Part shown: positions 29,081-38,525 of the stretch, one piece after another | How the letters are laid out: each line of letters opens with the position of its first letter | Numbering within the stretch: the first letter of the stretch is position 1 | Assembly: GCA_964351995.1 (NCBI GenBank) | Contig: CAYGQE010000026.1 | Span: 2,460 to 66,459, forward strand | Length of the DNA stretch: 64,000 bases | Source of the DNA: an uncultured Acidimicrobiaceae bacterium | GTDB taxonomy: Bacteria; Actinomycetota; Acidimicrobiia; Acidimicrobiales; SZUA-35 | Direction of reading: 5' to 3' | Notes under the pieces: model-generated | Database searches by the model: none | What the model was told of the DNA's origin: nothing | Seen by the model: the letters and a program-made list of their open reading frames with translations, nothing else | Position numbers and translations under genes: made by a program

Positions 29081-31879
29081 CTAGAACGCGTCGTCGCCAC
29101 TCGAGCTGACCGAGTCGATGGCAGCAGACACCGAACCCTTCGGCTCAACAGCGTTTTCGGGTGCGGCCTTCATGCTGATCGCCTTCTTCGTAGCTTTCTT
29201 GGCGGCCTTCTTGGTCGCCTTCTTCTTGGTCGCCTTTTTCTTGGTCGCTTTCTTCTTGGCGGCCTTCTTCTTCTTTTTCGCCGGGCCCTTGGCTCGACGA
29301 TCAGCGAGGAGTTCAGAGGCTCGCTCGTCGGTCAACGTCTCGACCTCGTCACCCTTGCGCAAGCTGGCGTTGGTCTCGCCGTCGGTGACGTAGGGCCCGA
29401 AGCGCCCTTCTTTGAGCACCATCGGCTTTTCACTGGCCGGGTCGATGCCCATTTCCTTCAGCGGAGGTTTGGCAACACCCTGGCCCCGGCGCCGCTTGGG
29501 CTGTGCCATCACCTCGACCGCCTTGGTGATGTCGATCGTCAGCAGTTCCTCTTCTGCTTCGAGGCTGCGGCTGTCGTTCTTGAACGTGCCGTCTTCTTGC
29601 GGAACGGCCTTCTGGATGTACGGGCCGTAGCGACCGTTGAAGGCCGTGATCTCACCACCATCAGCCGGATCAGCACCGATGAGTCGGGGCAGCGTCAGGA
29701 GCCGAACCGCTTGTTCGAGAGTGACGTCGGCCGGGTCCATGGTCTTGAACAACGAAGCAGTTTGGGGCTTCTCTTCGGTCTCGTCGTCATGCACGCCCAT
29801 CTGGACGTACGGGCCGAAGCGACCGGCTTTGACCTCGACGTCGATACCAGTTTCAGGGTGTTGGCCGAGGATGCGATTGTCCTTCGGCGCATTGATGAGC
29901 TCGAGGGCCTTTTCGATGGTGAGGTCCGCCGGAGGCAGATCCTCTGGGATCGACGCTCGATCGTCGCCGTGCTCGAGGTACGGGCCGTAGCGACCGACGC
30001 GGGCCACGATGGCAACACCGTCTTCATCAGCACCGATCGGAATGGAGTTGACGGCACGAGCGTCGATGTCGCCAAGGCGATCATTTACTTTGTCGTGTAG
30101 GCCAGGCTCGCCACCGACGCCGAAGTAGAAGTCCTTGAGATACGGAATGGCCTCGCCGATGCCGTCGGCGATCGATTCGAGGTCGTCTTCCATACGGGCG
30201 GTGAAGGCGTAATCAACGAGGTCGGGGAAGTGCTGTTCGAGCAGCGTGATCACGGCGAAGGCCTTGAAACTCGGCACGAGTGCCGTGCCCTTCTTCCAGA
30301 CGTATTCACGGGCTTGGATGGTGCCCATGATCGAGGCATATGTCGACGGACGGCCGACACGGAGCTCTTCGAGCTTGGCAACCAACGAAGCCTCGTTGTA
30401 GCGAGACGGCGGCTGGGTGTCATGGCCGGCGGCCTCGATCGAGTTCAAAAGCGCAGCATCGCCCTCTTCAAGCGGGGGAAGCAGCTGCTCTTTGGCGTCG
30501 TCTTCCTCCTCGGCGTCTTCGTCTTTGGACTCGGAGTAGACGCTGAGGAAACCCTGGTGCTTGATGACGGTGCCAGAGGTCGAGAAGACGGTCTTGCGCT
30601 CGTCGGTGGCGGTGACGCCGAGCCGGAGGGTGACGGTTTCGCCCGTTGCGTCAGTCATCTGTGAGGCAACGGTGCGCTGCCAGATCAGCTCATAGACCTG
30701 ACGATCCTGCGTGCTCAGCTCGCCCGCTACCTCTTCTGGTGTGCGGAAGACATCGCCAGCGGGACGAATGGCCTCGTGAGCCTCCTGCGCACCTTTGTCG
30801 CGGCTCTTGTAGGTGCGGGGCTCGTCGGGAAGGAAGTCGTTGCCGTATCGCTCGGCGATCTGGATGCGAGCAGCGTTGATGGCCGTGTCAGAAAGCGTGG
30901 TGCTGTCGGTTCGCATGTAGGTGATGAAGCCACGCTCGTACAGACCTTGGGCCACACGCATCGACTGCGCTGAGGACAGTCTCAGCTTGCGGGATGCTTC
31001 CTGCTGGTAGCTCGATGTGATGAATGGAGCAGCGGGGCGGCGCCGGTAGGGCTTGGCCTCGCGGGAAAGCACCTCGGCAGCGCGCCCTTCGAGGGCACTG
31101 CTCAACGCAGCGGCAGCCGCCTCGTCGAGATGGACGCTCTCGGCCCGGGTGAGCAGGCCCTGCTGGGAGAAGTCGCGACCGGTGGCTACCCGTTTGCCGT
31201 CGACCTCTTGCAGCATCGCAGTGAAGGGCTTGTCGGCTGAGTCAGCGTCGAACGTGCCCTTGAGATCCCAGTAGTTGGCCGAGCGGAACGCCATGCGTTC
31301 GCGCTCTCGCTCGACGACGATGCGGGTGGCAACGCTCTGGACGCGGCCGGCAGAGAGGCCTTGCATGACCTTCTTCCAGAGCACGGGCGACACTTCGTAG
31401 CCGTACAAGCGGTCGAGCAGCCGACGAGTTTCCTGGGCGTCGACCATGGGCCGGTTGAGCTCGCCAGGAGCCTCGATAGCCCGCTGGATTGCTTCCGGCG
31501 TGATCTCGGTGAAGACGATGCGTTTGACCGGTACCTGCGGGTTCAAGACCTCGAGCAGGTGCCAGGCAATGGCCTCTCCCTCACGATCCTTATCAGTTGC
31601 GAGCACGAGTTCGCTCGCGTTCTTCATCATCTTCTTGAGCTTCCGGACTTGGTCCTTCTTCTCGGCGGTGACGATGTAGAGCGGCTTGAAGTCGTTGTCG
31701 ACATCAATGCCGAGACGAGCCCACTTCTCGCCCTTGTGCGTCGCCGGTACATCGGCTGCGTTTCGGGGGAGATCCCGGACGTGACCGATCGAGGATTCGA
31801 CCATGTAGTCGTCTCCCAAGTACTCGGCCAGTTTGGTTGCTTTCGCCGGGCTCTCGACGATCACCAGAGGTTGTGCCAC
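29081..31879 (-). CDS. topA: DNA topoisomerase I with Lys-rich C-terminal tail
   Basis: LVIVESPAKA, ATD.DREGEAIAWH, SAGRVQS, catalytic ITYMRTDS, GRFGPY repeats, KKATKK repeats. Confidence 0.98.
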   Translation of the reverse strand: MAQPLVIVESPAKATKLAEYLGDDYMVESSIGHVRDLPRNAADVPATHKGEKWARLGIDVDNDFKPLYIVTAEKKDQVRKLKKMMKNASELVLATDKDREGEAIAWHLLEVLNPQVPVKRIVFTEITPEAIQRAIEAPGELNRPMVDAQETRRLLDRLYGYEVSPVLWKKVMQGLSAGRVQSVATRIVVERERERMAFRSANYWDLKGTFDADSADKPFTAMLQEVDGKRVATGRDFSQQGLLTRAESVHLDEAAAAALSSALEGRAAEVLSREAKPYRRRPAAPFITSSYQQEASRKLRLSSAQSMRVAQGLYERGFITYMRTDSTTLSDTAINAARIQIAERYGNDFLPDEPRTYKSRDKGAQEAHEAIRPAGDVFRTPEEVAGELSTQDRQVYELIWQRTVASQMTDATGETVTLRLGVTATDERKTVFSTSGTVIKHQGFLSVYSESKDEDAEEEDDAKEQLLPPLEEGDAALLNSIEAAGHDTQPPSRYNEASLVAKLEELRVGRPSTYASIMGTIQAREYVWKKGTALVPSFKAFAVITLLEQHFPDLVDYAFTARMEDDLESIADGIGEAIPYLKDFYFGVGGEPGLHDKVNDRLGDIDARAVNSIPIGADEDGVAIVARVGRYGPYLEHGDDRASIPEDLPPADLTIEKALELINAPKDNRILGQHPETGIDVEVKAGRFGPYVQMGVHDDETEEKPQTASLFKTMDPADVTLEQAVRLLTLPRLIGADPADGGEITAFNGRYGPYIQKAVPQEDGTFKNDSRSLEAEEELLTIDITKAVEVMAQPKRRRGQGVAKPPLKEMGIDPASEKPMVLKEGRFGPYVTDGETNASLRKGDEVETLTDERASELLADRRAKGPAKKKKKAAKKKATKKKATKKKATKKAAKKATKKAISMKAAPENAVEPKGSVSAAIDSVSSSGDDAF

Positions 31880-32006
31880 GTCGTGAGCGTAGGAACTTCG
31901 CAGCCGAATCAGCGAGATGATCTGGAAACAGAGCGGTTTGCCTCATCTTTCGAGAGCGTTCCCGCCCGGTGAAAGAGGGAGCGAAGTCCACCTCTGCGCT
32001 TGCCGT

Positions 32007-33377
32007 TCAAGCTTTGACGTCGTGCATGTCTGGCATCGGCGCAGGGCCGGGAATGCGCCGCAGGATCAAGAAACCAATCGCCGTGGCTGTCACCGAAGCG
32101 GCGAGGACGCCCATCGTGGCCTGTTCGCCGAGCGCCGGATCCTCGAAGGCCAAGGCTCCGATGAACAGAGCCACCGTGAAACCAATGCCAGCAACCGCCC
32201 CCGCTCCCAATACGTGCAACGACGTCAAGCCTTCTGGCAATTCAAGCGCCGTGTAGCGGGTGGCCAGCATCGTGGTCACCCAGATTCCCAACGGCTTACC
32301 GAGTACCAGGCCGGCGATGACACCGAGGGTCACCCGTGAAGATGCAGCGTCTGACACCGCTTCACCCGACAACGTGACGCCGGCGTTGGCCAGAGCGAAG
32401 ATCGGGATCACGATGAAACTGGTCCACGGGCTCATGAGCCCGATGAGGCGGCCGGTGACCGGGACCGACTCGCGAATCTGCCACGACATGTCCTGCAACT
32501 CAGAGGGGCTCGCGATGTCGCCTGAGAACATGTCTTCGATGCGTTCGAACGCCCGGTGACCCAGCAACGGGCGGGCGGGAGCGAGCAAACCGAGAGCGAC
32601 GCCAGCAATGGTCGCATGCACCCCGGACCGGAACGTGGCGTACCAGATGAAGACCCCAGCCAAGACGTAGACCGGGGTGAACCACACCCTCGAGCGTTGC
32701 ATCAGGATCACAAAGACGAGGCCAGCGATGGCCGCTCCCAGCCATCCGAACAGCAGGCCCTCGGTGTAGAACACAGCGATCACGAGAATGGCGCCGATGT
32801 CGTCGGCGATGGCAAGTGCCAGCAAGAAGAGCTTGAGCCGACTGGGGATTCGTGGGCCGAGAAGAGCCAGCACGCCAACAGCGAACGCAATGTCGGTCGC
32901 CATGGGAACACCCCAACCAGCAACGCCTTCACCACCGAGATTGATCAGCGCGTAGATCCCGGCCGGCACCGCCATACCGCCGATCGCTGCCATCGCCGGC
33001 AGTACCGCCTCCTTCGGCGAGGAGAGGTCACCGGTGACGAGTTCGGTCTTGATCTCCAGACCGACCACGAAGAAGAACAGCACCATCAAGATGTCGTTCA
33101 CCACGAGCTCGAGACTCAGCGGGTGCCCATCCAGAACCAAGGGCATCCACGAGCCGACCGAGAGCTCGATCTCGGTCTCCCAGAAGTGGTGGTAGCCCTC
33201 GCTGTATGGTGAATTGGCCCAGATCAGCGCAGCGGCGGTCGCCAAGAGCAACAACACGCCCGAGGCCGCCTCTTGGGCGAGGAAACGGACCATTGGCCGG
33301 GCGACGCGCCGCGCCAACCGAGTATCGCCACCGCTCCACGCTTCAGTTCTGACCGGAAGCCCCCCGTCACGCGACAA
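32007..33377 (-). CDS. nhaA: Na+/H+ antiporter NhaA
   Basis: FFFVVGLEIK, ATDIAFA, LAIADD, SGVHAT, GKPLG and GIGFT motifs. Exact start uncertain. Confidence 0.94.
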   Translation of the reverse strand: MSRDGGLPVRTEAWSGGDTRLARRVARPMVRFLAQEAASGVLLLLATAAALIWANSPYSEGYHHFWETEIELSVGSWMPLVLDGHPLSLELVVNDILMVLFFFVVGLEIKTELVTGDLSSPKEAVLPAMAAIGGMAVPAGIYALINLGGEGVAGWGVPMATDIAFAVGVLALLGPRIPSRLKLFLLALAIADDIGAILVIAVFYTEGLLFGWLGAAIAGLVFVILMQRSRVWFTPVYVLAGVFIWYATFRSGVHATIAGVALGLLAPARPLLGHRAFERIEDMFSGDIASPSELQDMSWQIRESVPVTGRLIGLMSPWTSFIVIPIFALANAGVTLSGEAVSDAASSRVTLGVIAGLVLGKPLGIWVTTMLATRYTALELPEGLTSLHVLGAGAVAGIGFTVALFIGALAFEDPALGEQATMGVLAASVTATAIGFLILRRIPGPAPMPDMHDVKA

Positions 33378-33415
33378 TGAAGCGCTCCGGTGCGTGCGGC
33401 ATCAGCGAGCCGGTC

Positions 33416-33871
33416 TCATCGATGGAGTTCGAGATCAACGGTCGTACCTTCCGGTGTCGAGGTGAATTGCACGTCGCCAGAGCTGAGGTGTTGCATCAGA
33501 GGAACGCCGAAGCCGCCCTCGATCAACAAGCGGTCGGGATGTTCCATGTCGGGCACATCAACGAGGTCAGGCAGCCCGCCGCCCTGGTCGACCACGGTCA
33601 GGTACACCCGGTCAGAAGCGATGCGCAGTGTCACTCGAACTCGCCCGTTGTTCGATACTCGCTGGTCGGCTTCGATGGCGTTCGTCACCGCTTCAGACGT
33701 CACCCAGCGCAGATCATCGAGCCGGTCTCCATCCAGCACTTCGGCGGCGGTTGCTGCCGCAGCGACAACCATTCGAACGACGGTCACGAGATCAGTGCGA
33801 GCAGGTATGTCGATCTCGACAACATGCAATGCGTCAACGACAGGGCTCGGCCCGCCGGCTGGGGTGCTCAT
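33416..33871 (-). CDS. RsbW-like anti-sigma factor / Ser kinase (HATPase_c_2)
   Basis: SEAVTNAI, V.DQGGG and EGGFGVPLM motifs. Confidence 0.87.
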   Translation of the reverse strand: MSTPAGGPSPVVDALHVVEIDIPARTDLVTVVRMVVAAAATAAEVLDGDRLDDLRWVTSEAVTNAIEADQRVSNNGRVRVTLRIASDRVYLTVVDQGGGLPDLVDVPDMEHPDRLLIEGGFGVPLMQHLSSGDVQFTSTPEGTTVDLELHR

Positions 33872-33928
33872 CGAGGGGTCAAGCTAGCTCACGCAACACC
33901 AATTGTCTGAGCTACTAGATTGGTCGCC

Positions 33929-34300
33929 GTGGACTCGGTCTGGGAACAATGGGATCTCGTGTGCGCCGAGCCTGGCGGGTGCGACACGCTCGATCAACTC
34001 ATGCGCGCCATTGTGTGGGCCTACGTCTTGGTGGCTTGGATGATTTTCTTTGCAGCCATCCGCCCGTGGACCACAGCGCTGCCGAAGGCTGCCGGTGTCG
34101 CCTTCGCTGCTCTTGGGTCTGCGCTGATCGTGTGGATCTCGATCGGTGTGATTGGTTCCAGCGGCAGCTTGCGCACCGCCGGCATCATCACAGCGATTGG
34201 CCTGGTTGCCGTGTGGATCGGGCGACCAGCGTTCACCGAGCGAAAACGAGCCGATGACGACATCAACGCGGACGCTTCACCGACTTCTTCCACGCGCTGA
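33929..34300 (+). CDS. Small hypothetical membrane protein (3 TM)
   Basis: Three hydrophobic segments. GTG start lies 7 nt after TAGATT. Confidence 0.6.
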   Translation: MDSVWEQWDLVCAEPGGCDTLDQLMRAIVWAYVLVAWMIFFAAIRPWTTALPKAAGVAFAALGSALIVWISIGVIGSSGSLRTAGIITAIGLVAVWIGRPAFTERKRADDDINADASPTSSTR

Positions 34301-35474
34301 AGCTCGACACACTTCCTGCTGACGGGCGCATGAGCCACGGCCACGGGTGCGTTGTGACGGGCGCAATCTGGGCTGCTCGTTTGGCGAAACCGGGCACGGG
34401 AGCGAACGTCACGGCGACCGATCGATCAGCGAGAACCTCGACGGGGCGTCCGAGGTGCACCTCGAGTTCTCGCTCGGCTCCGATCTCCGCCAACGCTTCG
34501 GTGAGGAACACCAGCCGTTTTGCCGACAGACGAAGCGACGCCAAGAGCGGTTCGTCGAAGACGAAGACGACCGGCAGATCAGGATGAGCGGTCATCGCCG
34601 GGTCGCTCGAACCGAGTGACTCTGCGGTGAGCCAAACAGCATCTGGCGTACCGTTCACCTCGGCAGACGAGGGTCCAGCAAACGTCAGGTCCGGCGCCGA
34701 CGCGATCTCGACCGGCTGACTGGTCGGCGAGAACAGCGGGTCGTCGGGCCACTCCTCGATCGGGCACGCCAGCACCAAATCGCAGGAAGCGCACAGGTTC
34801 TTCGCTCGCTTCTCGACTTGCCAACGGCTGAATCCGTACGACTTGTTCGATCCAACGCCGACCGTCCACTGCCAGCCCAATCGGTTGGCCGCTCGGGAGC
34901 CGTCGAGCAGGTGGCGAAAGAAGTAGTCCTCGCCCTCTTGCCATTGGACGCCACGACGCACCGACCATTCGCTCGACAGCCACATGCGTGTCTGGTTGAC
35001 CAGCCAGCCGTCCTCTTCGAGTTCGTCGAGCGGCAACTCGATGCAAGCCATGTTGCGATCCCAGCCGTCGCCACCGATTTGCCCGTGGAGCTGCTGGCGC
35101 ACGCCGTTGGCCGTCTTCGTGCCGAGCCGGGCGTACCAGTGACGCGAGAACTCTTGCCACATGAGTTCGTCCCGATACTTCTGAACATCTCGCGGCGGTC
35201 CACCGTCGACGTGGTCCCAGACCTCGCGCAACGTGAGCAACCCATGGCGGATGTACGGAGAAAGACCAGACGCGCCGCGGCGGGGTTGGGGGTAGACCTC
35301 GTTGCGCTTTCCGGCGTAGCCGGCGACATCGAACGCAGCAAGCGCAGCATCGGCGTTCGACTGCCCACCAGAGAAGCGGAGAGAGGGCGCTACCTCACCA
35401 TCGACGACATGGCCGAGATGGTCGGCGACGTAGGCAACGGCTTGGTCAGGTTGTGGGAGAGGGAGTGTGGTCAA
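34263..35474 (-). CDS. Photolyase with inverted domain order (FAD-binding domain N-terminal, antenna-like alpha/beta domain C-terminal); 4-Cys pattern
   Basis: [27 protein letters not shown] and LLDG..AN.LGWQW, then C-terminal [25 protein letters not shown]..CxxC..CP. TTGA overlap with the upstream gene. Confidence 0.82.
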   Translation of the reverse strand: MTTLPLPQPDQAVAYVADHLGHVVDGEVAPSLRFSGGQSNADAALAAFDVAGYAGKRNEVYPQPRRGASGLSPYIRHGLLTLREVWDHVDGGPPRDVQKYRDELMWQEFSRHWYARLGTKTANGVRQQLHGQIGGDGWDRNMACIELPLDELEEDGWLVNQTRMWLSSEWSVRRGVQWQEGEDYFFRHLLDGSRAANRLGWQWTVGVGSNKSYGFSRWQVEKRAKNLCASCDLVLACPIEEWPDDPLFSPTSQPVEIASAPDLTFAGPSSAEVNGTPDAVWLTAESLGSSDPAMTAHPDLPVVFVFDEPLLASLRLSAKRLVFLTEALAEIGAERELEVHLGRPVEVLADRSVAVTFAPVPGFAKRAAQIAPVTTHPWPWLMRPSAGSVSSFSAWKKSVKRPR

Positions 35475-35893
35475 GAGTCCTCGAAGCGACGAATACGGAT
35501 CGGCCCTTTGAACATCGACGGATCGACGGGTCGACCTTTCTGGGTGATGTTTACCAATTCGCGGGCGACCAAGCGCCGCGCTGCCCGTCGAGTTGGTTCC
35601 ATCAGCGGCCGCCAATCGTCTGGATTCAATGCCTGTGCCGCCTCTGAAGGACAGATCGAGGCACCTTTCGGCCGACAAGCGAGCAGCTCGAGAATCGCTG
35701 CCTCCAGCGCCTCGTCGGTCGACGAGATCCCGCCGCGGCGGCATTGCGTCGAGCAGTAGCGAACCTCATCCCAGTCACGCTCCCACTTCTTCCTCCATTC
35801 GATCCGCCGCCCGCAGGCGACGCAGATCTTGTCGGAACGGTCCGGGGAGCTGCGTCCTGGAGACTTGGATGACCGCGATTGGCGCGTCATCAC
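35471..35893 (-). CDS. DUF2256 (Cys-rich) + DUF3253 fusion protein
   Basis: [27 protein letters not shown], and ICPSEAA..W..R.AA..ITQKG..VDP..KGPIRIR. Confidence 0.85.
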   Translation of the reverse strand: MMTRQSRSSKSPGRSSPDRSDKICVACGRRIEWRKKWERDWDEVRYCSTQCRRGGISSTDEALEAAILELLACRPKGASICPSEAAQALNPDDWRPLMEPTRRAARRLVARELVNITQKGRPVDPSMFKGPIRIRRFEDS

Positions 35894-37398
35894 AACGTCC
35901 CGGCATCCAAGCGACTCCGCACCTCGACGGCGCGGGCCCGCACCTCAGGCAAATCGGACAGCTTTCGCATCCCGCCCATCTGACGTCCCAATCGATGGTT
36001 GCCCTTCAACGCTTCCTCGTTGCGGGCCAGAAAATCCCAATAGAGCGTGGTGTACGGACAGGCGTCGTCGCCCGTGCGCTTCTTCGGGTCGAAGCGGCAA
36101 CCCTTGCAGTGGTTGCTCATCCGGTTGATGTAGGCACCACCGGCCGCATACGGCTTGGTCGCCATGCGCCCGCCGTCGGCGTAGAGCGCCATGCCGATGA
36201 CGTTCGGAAGCATGACCCATTCCGCCCCATCGACGAAGGTCGCCCACATCCAATCGGTCATCGCTCCAGGGTCGACGCCCGAGGTCAGCGCCAGATTGCC
36301 GAGCACCATCAGACGTTCGATGTGGTGGGCATAGCCATGGTCGCTGACGTGCCTCATCACGCTTGCCACGCACGCCATGTCCGTCTCGGCCTCACCGGTG
36401 AACGCTGGCGGAACGGGGCGATCTGCCCCCAACTCGTTCATCGTTCGATAGTCCGGCATCCAGAGCCAATAGAGCCCCCAGACGTATTCGCGCCAGCCGA
36501 TCACTTGCCGGATGAAGCCCTCGACACTGTTGATCGGGGCGCTTCGGTCTCGGTACGCAACCTCGGCCGCAACGACGACCTCCTCGGGATGAAGCAGCCC
36601 GAGGTTCATCGAGGAGCTGAGCGCCGAGTGCGCCAGCTTCCACTCGGCGTCGAGCATCGCGTCTTCGTGGGGGCCGAACGGCGCCAGCGCCGTCGTCACG
36701 AATTCATCGAGACGCTGCAGCGCCTGGGCTCGCGTCACCGGCCATGTGCCGGAGGGTGCTTCGCCCCACGTGTCGGGGAGGTCATCGAGAACCTGGCGGT
36801 CGATGTCATCCAGATCGAACGACGTGATCTCGGGCCAGGACCTTCCATCTTTCGGTGGTGGTTCACGGTTGTCTGCGTCGAAGTTCCACGCCCCACCTGC
36901 GGGGCCATCGGCATCCATCAGCACATCCAACCGCTGCCGCTGCCAGCGGTAGAAGTCCTCCATCTTGAAGTTCTTCTTCGATGCTGACCAGTCGGCAAAA
37001 TCGTCGTAGTGACAGAGAAACTGATTGTTTCGCACCGTCTCGACACCAAGCCGTTCGAGCATCGCCCGGCCGTCCCAGCTCATCGGCTCCATCGCCACCA
37101 CCGTCTCGACCTGATGCTCGTCGGCATGCGCTCGCAGCCCTGCCGGAAGCGAGCTCGCTGTTCGATAGTCGACGTCAAAACCTTCGGACCGGAGTTCCGC
37201 GGCGAAGTGACGCATCGCTGAGACCACCAGGTGCAGTCGTTGCTGGTGCCAACGCTTCGAACCCCACTTCGTCTGGCTCTCGACGAAGAGAATCCGACAG
37301 TCACCCGGCGAGTGACCCTCGAGCGAAGCGATGTCGCGGTTCAGCTGGTCGCCGAGAATCCAGATGGTCGGCGCTTCGGAGGAAAGGGTCGTTGGCAC
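35890..37398 (-). CDS. FeS-containing bacterial cryptochrome / (6-4) photolyase (PhrB/CryB-like)
   Basis: [55 protein letters not shown], and Cys ligands MAC / CKGC / ACP. Confidence 0.93.
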   Translation of the reverse strand: MPTTLSSEAPTIWILGDQLNRDIASLEGHSPGDCRILFVESQTKWGSKRWHQQRLHLVVSAMRHFAAELRSEGFDVDYRTASSLPAGLRAHADEHQVETVVAMEPMSWDGRAMLERLGVETVRNNQFLCHYDDFADWSASKKNFKMEDFYRWQRQRLDVLMDADGPAGGAWNFDADNREPPPKDGRSWPEITSFDLDDIDRQVLDDLPDTWGEAPSGTWPVTRAQALQRLDEFVTTALAPFGPHEDAMLDAEWKLAHSALSSSMNLGLLHPEEVVVAAEVAYRDRSAPINSVEGFIRQVIGWREYVWGLYWLWMPDYRTMNELGADRPVPPAFTGEAETDMACVASVMRHVSDHGYAHHIERLMVLGNLALTSGVDPGAMTDWMWATFVDGAEWVMLPNVIGMALYADGGRMATKPYAAGGAYINRMSNHCKGCRFDPKKRTGDDACPYTTLYWDFLARNEEALKGNHRLGRQMGGMRKLSDLPEVRARAVEVRSRLDAGTL

Positions 37399-37460
37399 AT
37401 CACATGATTCCCCGATAGATGCAACGGCATCGAACCGGGATCCAAAGAAGTCGCCGGAGG

Positions 37461-38402
37461 TCAGACACGGCTGCCAGCGGCGGCTGCCGTCGGAGCGTTC
37501 TGCACCATGTGCCGACCCAGTTCTTCCCAGGCCAGCATCGACGGAGGGGCCAGGAGCGAGAAGGGCCAGTCGGCGAAAGCGCCGTCCATCCGACGGTGCA
37601 ACAACAGCGCCAGGTCGTCCTCACCAAGCAGTACCAGTGCCACGGTGAAGGCGGTCATTGCCTTGACTCCAGGAACAGTGGTCGGCCCAACGAAGCGAGG
37701 ATGGAAGACCGATTGTCCGGCCGCCATCATGATCAACGAGCGAAGTTCGAGGTCCTCGAGGAACGCGAGATGATCGCTGGGCTGTTCGGCCAGGATCGCT
37801 TCAATGGCTGCCAGCGGGACCATGGATCGAAGAGGTGATCCGGAAGCGACGACCTCGTCCACGGAACGAGCGAAGGTCAGTGCGCCGTCGAGGTCACCAC
37901 CACCGCTCGGTCCGAGCGCTCGCAGGAAGTGAACGTGTGGCTCGTAGAGCGAGTCAATGGCAAGCATCGCCCCGAGCGATTGCTCCAGGTCACCAACACC
38001 CGACGACGCCCGATTGACGACGTCCAGTCCATACACCAGCGGGTTGTCCTGCTCGATCGCGTGGACGAGCGCCAAATCGACTGATGCATCCCGTCCATTG
38101 AACGAGTCGAGGGCAGATCGCACCAACAATGGAACCGGGTGGTCGGGCCATCCTTCGACCCACGCATCGATGAGCGACTCGTCGATTGGGTTGCTGGGTC
38201 CTTCGGTGTTGTGCCTCGCGATGTGTTCGAGACAGAACCAACGGTCCTCCCATGTCGCAGCAGCGGAATAGACCTGGTAGCAGGCAGCGACATCACCGAT
38301 CACGAGCGCTGATGCGCATTGATGTGCGTCGCGATGGCCCATGGCCGGCGGACGACTCTGGCCGAGCGCCTCTTCCGCTTGCACCGAGGAGAACGAGTTC
38401 AT
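37461..38402 (-). CDS. Hypothetical alpha-helical protein (DUF4034-associated-like)
   Basis: Long ORF with genome-like codon use. GSPLRSMV..E and AAGQSVFHPRF..AF..AL pattern. Family call is tentative. Confidence 0.55.
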   Translation of the reverse strand: MNSFSSVQAEEALGQSRPPAMGHRDAHQCASALVIGDVAACYQVYSAAATWEDRWFCLEHIARHNTEGPSNPIDESLIDAWVEGWPDHPVPLLVRSALDSFNGRDASVDLALVHAIEQDNPLVYGLDVVNRASSGVGDLEQSLGAMLAIDSLYEPHVHFLRALGPSGGGDLDGALTFARSVDEVVASGSPLRSMVPLAAIEAILAEQPSDHLAFLEDLELRSLIMMAAGQSVFHPRFVGPTTVPGVKAMTAFTVALVLLGEDDLALLLHRRMDGAFADWPFSLLAPPSMLAWEELGRHMVQNAPTAAAAGSRV

Positions 38403-38525
38403 GGGGTTCCGTCGGCTGACGGTTCCGCTTCTTTAGAGCGGAGGCTCGACCCGAATGGCGCCGACCCACGGTCCACGAGCGCCGAACACCCGTTCGACGC
38501 CCTTGATGCAGGTACCCTGGCAGAC

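Noticed and set aside
29180..29285. 15-bp tandem repeats at the topA 3' end
   Set aside because: They encode the known Lys-rich (KKATK) tail of actinobacterial TopA.
35475..35744. N-terminal 90 aa of the 493-aa ORF-track photolyase
   Set aside because: Overlaps the DUF2256/DUF3253 gene in another frame. The true start is more likely TTG 35474.
35593..36987. 464-aa plus-strand ORF, and similar long ORFs at 52394..53905, 58338..59660 and 5384..6532
   Set aside because: All are antisense to well-supported genes and lack motifs.
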